A DNA stretch of 64,000 nt, taken from a virus. Positions 56,198-64,000 of this stretch are shown here, piece after piece. Within the stretch, counting starts at the first letter, position 1, and each line of letters opens with the position of its first letter. The DNA lies in the IMG/VR virus record IMGVR_UViG_3300025881_000008, positions 32,001 to 96,000 of that record; one strand, given 5' to 3'. The translations under genes were made by a program, and so were the position numbers. The notes beneath the pieces were generated by a model. The model was not told where the DNA came from, searched no databases, and worked only from the letters and a program-made list of their open reading frames with translations.

Positions 56198-56205
56198 TAT
56201 ATATC
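56198..56205 (-). promoter_or_regulatory. Putative late promoter GATATATA for the amidoligase
   Basis: Recurring intergenic motif. Confidence 0.6.
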
Positions 56206-56226
56206 ACGCTCTCGATGCGATAGTTA

Positions 56227-57522
56227 TTAAGGCATTTTCAAAAATACTTTCATTGACTCAACGTCAATTCTGGTAATTTGTACCGTGATTGGATCTCCGT
56301 TCTTAAATACGCTCATAACTTCTTCACCAACTTCGCTTACATGTAGTAGTCCAGTCACTCCTTCTTCAATACTAATAAATAAACCGTAGTCTTTTTTAGT
56401 TTTGACAGTAGCTTCAACTACTGAAGGAATTTGATATCTAGATTGAATATCACTCCATGGATTAACAGTAGCATTAGCCTTTTGAGTAAGTGTGATCTTA
56501 GTATCACTGATAATATCCTTAACGATAAATGTGATTTCATCACCAGGCTGAATCTGTCTAGCTTTGAATTTAATAAGAGTTTCCTCATCTAAGTCGTTAT
56601 TATGGATCATACCAGTCAAACAACCATTAAATTCAACAAATATACCATATTTAGCAGTACCTGTTACATTACCTGTAATTTCAGCACCTTGATTTGCTTT
56701 TATGTTTTCAATCTCGTTTGGAATTAAAGCCTGTAGATATTTTCTGTGAGAAACTACCAATGTACCTCTATCTGGTGAGAAACTTACAGGAACAACATAG
56801 ATTTCAGTACCAATAATAGAACTAAAGTCATGTAGTTTATTAATACCTGCTAATGAACCTGGCATAAAACAATCAATTCCCTGAATATTTACCATATAAC
56901 CACCATTCTCAATCATATGTGTAACTTTACCAACCCATGCGGTTCCACCAACTTCAACGGCTTCTCTAAGATCCATAAAGACTCTGTGTTTTATACCACC
57001 GTTAATTGATCCGACTACATGTGAGTTGTTATCAGTTGAGGTAATTAAAACTGATGTTTCTTCACCCGGTTTTAAGGCTTGAATCGCAGCAGGTTCCTTA
57101 TCATATTTAACATATATTAGTTCTCTGTAACCAATATCGACACTAATAAACTCTGAGCTAATACCATAAACCGTTCCAGTATGAATTTCTCCAACACCTA
57201 CAATAGTTACCATATTACCCAAAGCAGCATCATGTGCGGTAAGCATGTCGTACATTTCTTGAGCATATGATTCTCTAGAAAAGACCTTATCGCCATTCAT
57301 GGTTTTAATATGTGGATTTGGTTTTTTGGTTTTTGATGGGCAACTAGCTTCATAAGCATCCCACATGAAGTTTCCCTCTTCATCGTAATAATCATCCGAT
57401 ATATCACCACCATCTGATTTAAGATCTTTTAAGTTTTCGACCGTGATGTCTAGTTCTTCAACTTCTACAGTATTGACTTTAGTTTCGCCAATTCTGATCC
57501 TTTTGTTTTTTTCGTTGTTCAT
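56227..57522 (-). CDS. rpsA: Ribosomal protein bS1 homologue, four S1 domains
   Basis: VDIGY; CFMPGSL...LVVSHR; YGIFVEF...GMIH; YGLFISI...GLLHVSE. Confidence 0.88.
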   Translation of the reverse strand: MNNEKNKRIRIGETKVNTVEVEELDITVENLKDLKSDGGDISDDYYDEEGNFMWDAYEASCPSKTKKPNPHIKTMNGDKVFSRESYAQEMYDMLTAHDAALGNMVTIVGVGEIHTGTVYGISSEFISVDIGYRELIYVKYDKEPAAIQALKPGEETSVLITSTDNNSHVVGSINGGIKHRVFMDLREAVEVGGTAWVGKVTHMIENGGYMVNIQGIDCFMPGSLAGINKLHDFSSIIGTEIYVVPVSFSPDRGTLVVSHRKYLQALIPNEIENIKANQGAEITGNVTGTAKYGIFVEFNGCLTGMIHNNDLDEETLIKFKARQIQPGDEITFIVKDIISDTKITLTQKANATVNPWSDIQSRYQIPSVVEATVKTKKDYGLFISIEEGVTGLLHVSEVGEEVMSVFKNGDPITVQITRIDVESMKVFLKMP

Positions 57523-57550
57523 TTATTTTTATATTAAAGGTGTAACATAT

Positions 57551-57558
57551 TATATATC
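57551..57558 (-). promoter_or_regulatory. Putative late promoter GATATATA for the bS1 homologue
   Basis: Recurring intergenic motif. Confidence 0.6.
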
Positions 57559-57567
57559 TATTTATTT

Positions 57568-59292
57568 TTAGAAGACTACCGGTACAAAACCTACCATCGG
57601 CACGGGACCTACTGGTGTTGGTATACCTCCTAAATAGAGTAATTTAAATTCTAACAAGTGTAGAGCATATACCGCGGCAACTGCTGTAGAAACCGCAAGT
57701 GCTGGTGGTTGAGGTGCTGGCAATACACTAAATGTTTTACCAGTATTCCAAGCTCTTCTAAGATTTTTAGCTAGTCTCTTTTTACCACCATAATAAATCG
57801 GTATATAAATACCAGTTAATGGTGGGGGAATTAAAGCTGGCAAAGCAGATGGTGATGGAGCAAATGGTTTAACTAAACATGCATACCAATACGCAATAGT
57901 TATTTCAGCCATTTCTTCATATGGATCTCCACCTGGCCAACTAAAATTTATATCAACATCCTCCTCTGCCGTGTCACATTCGTCAGCTGCTTTTTTAGCA
58001 TCAATAACCTGTTGTCTTTGAAACTTAAAAATAGTACCGCCGGCGTTTGGGCTTATATTAATAATATCATCAGCTGACTTAACATTTTTAATGGCTCCGG
58101 GAATTTTTGCCCAATGTATATCGTACTCTAATTTTTCATATTGTGCCGTTACATATGTGTTGTCTTTTTTCCACCAAATCACTTTAGTATCGTCGGATAC
58201 ACCGTATTTAAAACTCATTTCAGATCCGTTGTCATATGAAAAAAGAGCAACTACATGGTCCGTTAAAATTTTAGGTCTTTTGCTTGGATAATCTGGCAAA
58301 TTATGTTCCCTGTCAAAAGAAACCTGTATTTTGTATTCAGAGAGTGGACAGTCTGACATTTTAAAATTGTCTAAACCGGCTTCAAACGCCGAACTTACAC
58401 CATCAACCAGGGCTTGCCAATCATATCCTGCGCCCTCTATATCTGTTCTAGCTTTTTCACTCACATTAACGTATGGAAATCTACCGACAAAATAAGTACC
58501 TCCAACCGCTCGCTGTATTTCAGTAAGATTATTGTACTTTGATTTACCTAAACTGGTGGCCCATAATTTATATTTGTCTTTTGCTTCTTGACTGGACAAA
58601 TTGTGATATTGCTGTAATAATCTATTTGCAAATGACTTGGCCAAATCTGATACAGTTTCTGAACCGTCTAAACATTCAAACTCAAAAAATCTAAACTTAT
58701 ATAAGTTTAAACTCTGTTTGTAATCTTCAACAAATTTATTAAATTTCTTTTGTTGTTTCTTTTCTTCTTCGATTGGATCTGGCTCTTCAATGGGTTCTGG
58801 ACAAAAATCGGCATATGCTGGATGAGACTCTTTGCCCATTTCAATTATATTACCGTCTTTATCTTTCTGGTCTAATAAAGGAATATCGCCCTCTCTTAAT
58901 ATTCTTTCAAACACCAAGCCATAACCCTGTTTTAAAAGAAACTCTGCCGCTGGATTATTAGTATGTGTTGCACCAAATGGTGTCATTGCTAATCCCTTTA
59001 TTGCCTCTAGATATCTTTCTGCTACTCTTACACCAAAATCATATCGACCACTTAATGGGTTTAAATTAATAGCATTAATCATCGATGTCGGATCAGTCGT
59101 CAAGTTAGCATTAACTGGATTTCCGGGTTTAATAGATTCTATTAATTCTGAAGATGGGGGGAAAATAGGCACTTGATCCTTGCCAACTTTTGGCAGATCA
59201 TAAGATACCATACCGCCACCCGGTTTAGTAAACGACTGCCCCGATATATCGGACGCTAATGCTGGTATAAATGATGGCCAAAGTGCGGGCAT
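57568..59292 (-). CDS. Hypothetical protein, probably structural
   Basis: 574 aa with Pro-rich termini, immediately downstream of the spike gene. Confidence 0.5.
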   Translation of the reverse strand: MPALWPSFIPALASDISGQSFTKPGGGMVSYDLPKVGKDQVPIFPPSSELIESIKPGNPVNANLTTDPTSMINAINLNPLSGRYDFGVRVAERYLEAIKGLAMTPFGATHTNNPAAEFLLKQGYGLVFERILREGDIPLLDQKDKDGNIIEMGKESHPAYADFCPEPIEEPDPIEEEKKQQKKFNKFVEDYKQSLNLYKFRFFEFECLDGSETVSDLAKSFANRLLQQYHNLSSQEAKDKYKLWATSLGKSKYNNLTEIQRAVGGTYFVGRFPYVNVSEKARTDIEGAGYDWQALVDGVSSAFEAGLDNFKMSDCPLSEYKIQVSFDREHNLPDYPSKRPKILTDHVVALFSYDNGSEMSFKYGVSDDTKVIWWKKDNTYVTAQYEKLEYDIHWAKIPGAIKNVKSADDIINISPNAGGTIFKFQRQQVIDAKKAADECDTAEEDVDINFSWPGGDPYEEMAEITIAYWYACLVKPFAPSPSALPALIPPPLTGIYIPIYYGGKKRLAKNLRRAWNTGKTFSVLPAPQPPALAVSTAVAAVYALHLLEFKLLYLGGIPTPVGPVPMVGFVPVVF

Positions 59293-59294
59293 AA

Positions 59295-60008
59295 TTATTT
59301 ACCTTTTTGTTGATAGTTAATATGAGTGCTCGATAATTTTCCTACTGTTATTGGAGTTGGTGGCATTGGGGGTCCAGAAGGACCCACGCCAGTTGGATGT
59401 ATATGTGCATTATAATCGTCTAACCACATTTGTAACCAATCCTGTAGAGATTGACCCCTCACTGCTGGTTCTGTTTCATCTGCTCCCGGCTCGCCCGTAT
59501 TTGAAACGAATATATCACCACAGTCTAAGAACATTTTAGCATCTGTACTGATTTTTATAAATCCCTCTTCGTCCATTTGAATGATTGGGCGCTCTTTGGC
59601 ACCGCTACCTCTTGTGATAACTAAACCATCTTCAGGAGAATGATAGATCCTTACGTTGCGCACAGCATCATATACTAGCGATATAACATCATGTGGTGCA
59701 TCAGAAGTTTCTAAAATATCTGACTTAAGATCTGTATTTTGATCTATTTGAAACCAGTATTCAGGGTGGTAGATGTTACCGTTGTCAAAACGAACTGCAA
59801 CAATATCACCAACTCTAGGTACTGCATGTGCACCAACTTGATCCCTATTCATAGGGGTTGCCCACGGAATTGCATCATCAGTTAGTTTATCAAATTTACC
59901 ATAAACTTTAACCCTACATCTTCCGTTTAAAAGAGGATCTTCGTTAACTACAACTTCCCCAAGCCAGTGTTGATCCCTTAAATTATCTTTAAAAAGTTCA
60001 TCAGCCAT
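59295..60008 (-). CDS. Baseplate central spike (gp5 OB-fold / gpV-like)
   Basis: GEVVVNEDPLLNGRCRVKV, IPWA, VPRVGD.V.V.F; apex HIH motif. Confidence 0.85.
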   Translation of the reverse strand: MADELFKDNLRDQHWLGEVVVNEDPLLNGRCRVKVYGKFDKLTDDAIPWATPMNRDQVGAHAVPRVGDIVAVRFDNGNIYHPEYWFQIDQNTDLKSDILETSDAPHDVISLVYDAVRNVRIYHSPEDGLVITRGSGAKERPIIQMDEEGFIKISTDAKMFLDCGDIFVSNTGEPGADETEPAVRGQSLQDWLQMWLDDYNAHIHPTGVGPSGPPMPPTPITVGKLSSTHINYQQKGK

Positions 60009-61384
60009 TATTCGTATACATTTTCGTTAAGTGAATTATCTGCACTACTGTCAACACCTGGTGTATAAACTCTTTCGCCTAAGTTTCCGTCTGGGCTACT
60101 ATCAACAGCAGGACTGTCGTACATGTTATTAGGAGTAATATTACCCTTTTTAGGTTTATTAGATTTACTTTGTGTAAACTGTCTAGCTAAATTTATAACA
60201 CCATTAATACTACCAGCTTCAAGTGCGGTATTAATATCACTGAGTGTTCCTAATGCACCACTAGCGCCATGTACATTATCTAAAATTAGCGCCTTTACTT
60301 TATCCATACCAGCATTCGCCAAACTAGCTGCCGCCCCCGTTAATCTTTCAGGATAAACAGCACCCATTGGATTTTTACCAAAACCAGGCAAACTATTTTT
60401 TAAATTATTAAATCTATTTACCAGCGAACCGGCGATACCATTTACCTTATCACTAATTGCATTCTGTGCATTTGCCAGTGGATTAAATGGAGACTCTGGA
60501 TATAAACCATCTCCGGGTTTTGCCCCGGGTATAAGATCTTTATCATCAACTAACGATATATTTTCTCCGAATTTTTGATTAGTTAATAATGCAGTTTCCC
60601 ATGTAAAACTTAATTTAGGTCTCTTTAATTCAGGCATCTTAGATGCATCTGCAAACATGTCTGCAATTGAATCTTGTTGCCATTCACAATGACCTAATTC
60701 AAACATTAAATAAGGTCTGGCATCTGCAGTAAATTGACTAACTAATCCAACATCAAATTTTCTACCATTTTTATCAATATTAGTTTCAGAACCTTTAGCT
60801 CTAGGAATTATATTTACAGATTTACCTTCGTTGTTTTTTGCCATTGGGGATCCATATAAATCTAAGTCCCTGGCACCAGTATCTTGTTGAAATGTTCTAA
60901 CTTCTGACATTACTATCCAAACCCTAAAACGTCTTAGGTTTTTAGGTAGTACTTCAATATATCTTTCATAATCATAACATGCCTTTTTATATAAAGACAT
61001 TAGGCCAATTGCAGTTAATTCAATATTCTCTTCTAAACACTCAATATCGATTTTAGGTTTTTCAGAACCTCTCCAAGGCTCATCCATTTTACCGTATGTT
61101 TGTGTTAATTCTAGACCGCTAACCTTTTGCCAAAACCAGGGCATTTCAGTATTAATCTTCATCAAAACCTTTTTAAAGTTTTCAAGATATGCAGCGTAGT
61201 TAGTTCCCATTGGACCATCGACAAACTTTTCTAAATACTCTTTTGCAGGACCTGACATCAAAGGAGAGTGCTCCTTATCTACAGTATCAAACATGAGAAA
61301 AAAACTAAGATAAGTCGGATCCTCATTGATCTTTCTTAAAATAGAACCTTTTCTAAATTCATTAATATGTTTAAAATCTGCCAT
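60008..61384 (-). CDS. Baseplate tube-initiator-like protein (gp48/gp54 fold)
   Basis: PWFWQKVSGL, IDIECLE; position between hub and spike. Confidence 0.45.
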   Translation of the reverse strand: MADFKHINEFRKGSILRKINEDPTYLSFFLMFDTVDKEHSPLMSGPAKEYLEKFVDGPMGTNYAAYLENFKKVLMKINTEMPWFWQKVSGLELTQTYGKMDEPWRGSEKPKIDIECLEENIELTAIGLMSLYKKACYDYERYIEVLPKNLRRFRVWIVMSEVRTFQQDTGARDLDLYGSPMAKNNEGKSVNIIPRAKGSETNIDKNGRKFDVGLVSQFTADARPYLMFELGHCEWQQDSIADMFADASKMPELKRPKLSFTWETALLTNQKFGENISLVDDKDLIPGAKPGDGLYPESPFNPLANAQNAISDKVNGIAGSLVNRFNNLKNSLPGFGKNPMGAVYPERLTGAAASLANAGMDKVKALILDNVHGASGALGTLSDINTALEAGSINGVINLARQFTQSKSNKPKKGNITPNNMYDSPAVDSSPDGNLGERVYTPGVDSSADNSLNENVYE

Positions 61385-61411
61385 ATATTATGTATCCTTA
61401 TTTTATTATCC

Positions 61412-63391
61412 TTATTTATTAGTAATGGTAACCGATGTTGTATTAGTAAACGTTTTACCTTCTGCTTGTATTGTAATAGCAAGATCGTATGTTTGGGGGT
61501 CAAACTCTCCTGTTTGTGAGAGATCCAACACCCACGTTCCATTCTTTTTAACTCGCATTCCGTAAGACGGACCGATTAATGTATCATCTATCTCTGCTTC
61601 CCAAAAATCAAATGCTGCAACTTCTTTATTTGCAGTCCAAGTACCTTCAAATACACCATATGTGCTATTACCAAATGTAGCCTGAATATCTTGTTCAGAT
61701 GTGGTTTTAGTAAATCCTATTTCTAACTCTAATTCAACACTAGGCGTTGGCTCTGGTGTCGGTTCAGGTGTTGTTGCTGGAGTCGGCTCTGGAGCAGGTT
61801 CTGCAGCTGGACTATTCTCTTTAATATTTTCAGCCTTTTCTTCATCAGTAGCATCTTCTAAACCAGGTGGATTAATTAGGTTTTCAGTTCTAGTTGGCCA
61901 TTCTCTCCTTAATAAAGTTACAACTTGTCTAGTACCTTCATTATTATAAGTATAAACTATATCTTCTATTATGTAATATCCAGATAAAAAAGTATCTAAT
62001 GCTTGTTTAGGTAATCTATCTGGATCCATATCCGGATCCGCTCCTAAATCAAATGGCTCATCTTTGTCCATGCCGAGTTCCTTTTTATCTCCTTTGATTC
62101 TCTCGTTTTGATAAATAGATTTCTCATCAACGTGATACATTAATACCGGTATTTTTTGATATTTATACAACGATGGATTAAATGAGTTCAATGTAACCTC
62201 TAGTTTCATTTTCTGAACCTCCATCTCATTTTGTTTATTATGCAATTGCGCAAACGCTGCATTAGGGTGAACATTACCTAAACCATCGTCACCAGCTTCT
62301 TGCCTACCAATGTATTTATATTTAACTTGATCAACATGTCTAGCATCATTTCTGTTACCTCTTAATGGCTCTTCTAACTCTTTTAAATCATTACCCCCGA
62401 GCGGCTCGATTCTAAATTCTTGTTTCTTATTATCACCATTATTATCATAAATAGTAACTTCTCTAGCATATCCCGCAATTGTGCTAATTGTACTTGCATT
62501 GTTTATAATCTTATTAGATTCGATAAACGCGTTATTACCCATAAATGCAATATGGTTTGTTAATAATAAAGGAACCTCTATGTCATTACCAGTACCGCCT
62601 TCCTCGGCTTCTTTAGCTGACTTAGCATCAGGTGTCATAGACTCCGCTGCAGATGCCAATGATTCAGCAAACTCTGAAATCGGGGGATTTGGAGAATTAA
62701 ATAAAGCATTAACATCGACATAATTAAGATAATAATATGAATCAATCCACCACTTTTGAAATGATTCCTCGCCAACGTAACTGTTTTTAATAATAGAGTG
62801 TATGAAATCTATATAAGGAGTATATGCCATTATTCTAGATTGAGAATCATCTGCGGCATCGATGTTTGTTGCCATTCCAATTTCTAAATCCCTAGCAACC
62901 TGTTCTATATGGTCCAATGAAGTACCATTTTCGAAATTAACACAATCTTCAGCAAATAGCCTAGGAATTTTACAGTGGCCTTCTATTGTAAATGTAGCAG
63001 CCTGAACATTACCCTGTTTCGGTGCGCTGCATTCAGTTATGTCAAAATCCATATGAATAGATTTAAACGTCTCTTGATTTTTGGAATTAATTAATACAGT
63101 AAAAAAATCACCATCTCTAGGATAACTGGCAACACCAAATTTTCCAGCGCTGTCTTGTAATACTAATCTACAAGTAGGCACTACTTCAGTTAAGTTTAGC
63201 TCAAATAAAGTAACATCAGCCGGCTTAAACTGATATCCATTAATAAGAATCATTGGCTGAAGTGTCGCTATAACCGAAGTTTGCTTGTAATCGGCCTCAT
63301 CTGGTTTCTCTTCAGCTAACGCATCAATTTTTATTTCTGTCGGTCTAATAGCCGGTTCGACTACTGCTAATATATTGTTTGCTAATTCCAT
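61412..63391 (-). CDS. Baseplate hub, gp27-like
   Basis: LSGYYIIEDIVYTY...LLRR signature; PEPT linker and extra Ig-like C-domain. Confidence 0.6.
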   Translation of the reverse strand: MELANNILAVVEPAIRPTEIKIDALAEEKPDEADYKQTSVIATLQPMILINGYQFKPADVTLFELNLTEVVPTCRLVLQDSAGKFGVASYPRDGDFFTVLINSKNQETFKSIHMDFDITECSAPKQGNVQAATFTIEGHCKIPRLFAEDCVNFENGTSLDHIEQVARDLEIGMATNIDAADDSQSRIMAYTPYIDFIHSIIKNSYVGEESFQKWWIDSYYYLNYVDVNALFNSPNPPISEFAESLASAAESMTPDAKSAKEAEEGGTGNDIEVPLLLTNHIAFMGNNAFIESNKIINNASTISTIAGYAREVTIYDNNGDNKKQEFRIEPLGGNDLKELEEPLRGNRNDARHVDQVKYKYIGRQEAGDDGLGNVHPNAAFAQLHNKQNEMEVQKMKLEVTLNSFNPSLYKYQKIPVLMYHVDEKSIYQNERIKGDKKELGMDKDEPFDLGADPDMDPDRLPKQALDTFLSGYYIIEDIVYTYNNEGTRQVVTLLRREWPTRTENLINPPGLEDATDEEKAENIKENSPAAEPAPEPTPATTPEPTPEPTPSVELELEIGFTKTTSEQDIQATFGNSTYGVFEGTWTANKEVAAFDFWEAEIDDTLIGPSYGMRVKKNGTWVLDLSQTGEFDPQTYDLAITIQAEGKTFTNTTSVTITNK

Positions 63392-63396
63392 ATTTA

Positions 63397-64000
63397 TTAT
63401 TTAGCGCAAGGTGAATCCGGTGAATCTGCCGGGTTATTATTTGTAGAAGCAGGCCCTGTGCCATCTGGTTTAGTACCGCCCTTTGTATCGGCAACATCTG
63501 TTTTAGCACCACCTGTACCAGAACCTGTACCAGAACCTGTACCAGAACCTGATCTTAAACCACTTCCAGCTACTAACAATTCTTCATATAATTTATCTTC
63601 ATTAACAATTACAGGCCCATTCTCAACCTGCGAGGTATCTAATGCATTGATAATAATGTCGTCTTCAGTGGTCTTAATCACTTTAACATCGTCCTTAGCC
63701 ATGTCGCTTAAAATAGAATTTACAACGGGGTCGGTTTGTGTATGCATACCCAATCTAACATTAGTACCATCAAATTCATAATTCTTTTTACCAACAGGTA
63801 TCACGTTAGGTGGTAATAAAGTTTCCTTATTGTATTTCTTTTTAAGTGCTTCTAATCTTCTTTGATCAGTTTTACTTAATCTTTTGGTCTGTATAAACTG
63901 GTTTTTAATTGGATTGTCCTCATACATCGCAGGAGTCTCTAACTTAAAATATGGAATTGTATCCATTGGAATATAAAGAGTCTCACCTGGCATAATAGAG
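63397..64000 (-). CDS. Baseplate gp53/LysM-like protein (5'-truncated)
   Basis: Frame open to the window edge; SIMPGETLYIP is a LysM-type C-terminal strand; upstream of the hub gene. Confidence 0.55.
   Translation of the reverse strand, partial: SIMPGETLYIPMDTIPYFKLETPAMYEDNPIKNQFIQTKRLSKTDQRRLEALKKKYNKETLLPPNVIPVGKKNYEFDGTNVRLGMHTQTDPVVNSILSDMAKDDVKVIKTTEDDIIINALDTSQVENGPVIVNEDKLYEELLVAGSGLRSGSGTGSGTGSGTGGAKTDVADTKGGTKPDGTGPASTNNNPADSPDSPCAK
63511..63551. repeat. 12-bp coding tandem repeat (SGTG) x3
   Basis: acctgtaccaga repeated. Confidence 0.85.

Noticed and set aside
32907-63551. CRISPR array or DGR repeats
   Set aside because: All repeats seen are in-frame coding tandem repeats without spacers; no cas or reverse transcriptase genes are present.
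2330-63781. The many + strand ORFs, and short alternate-frame - strand ORFs, in the track
   Set aside because: They lie inside well-supported - strand genes, have shadow-like composition (Ser/Leu/Ile-rich) and show no recognisable motifs.
1-64000. Stop-codon reassignment (TAG/TGA recoding)
   Set aside because: Genes are full-length and densely packed under the standard code; TAG ends the 24883-25104 ORF directly before the next ATG.
1-64000. tRNA genes
   Set aside because: Intergenic gaps are short and I saw no cloverleaf or T-loop pattern; tRNAscan-SE would confirm.

Overview
This 64-kb window is part of an AT-rich, large T4-like (contractile-tailed) phage genome. All credible genes lie on the - strand. 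The host is probably Bacteroidota/Flavobacteriia, inferred from A-rich leaders without Shine-Dalgarno sites, a Bacteroidota-type promoter, a BACON domain and a Flavobacterium-like class I RNR. In transcription order (right to left) the window holds five blocks. (1) A baseplate/neck/tail-fibre block (~28.5-64 kb) that also carries a ribosomal protein bS1 homologue, an amidoligase, a BACON-Hint protein and a spanin-like protein. (2) A recombination/replication block: RuvC-like, gp32, primase, UvsY, UvsW. (3) About 8.6 kb of proteins sharing a T4 capsid-targeting-like motif, several apparently polyproteins, including a ligase-fold and a HIGH-type nucleotidyltransferase. (4) A putative DNA-hypermodification operon: DUF6378, BGT-N/SGNH fusion, amino acid:DNA transferase-like, LOG, PLP enzyme, dimeric dUTPase. 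(5) A family-B DNA polymerase split into two genes separated by nrdB, nrdA and the sliding clamp, followed by UvsX, a 2OG-Fe(II) oxygenase and the helicase. The most unexpected signal is a non-coding element after nrdA. Its transcript is complementary to 23S rRNA helix 69-70 (19-nt perfect match, plus the next 8 rRNA bases displayed in the terminator loop). Two phage promoter classes are readable by eye: GAAAC-N17-TATAA and GATA[T/A/C]ATA. All product calls come from motif recognition only; no database searches were run.
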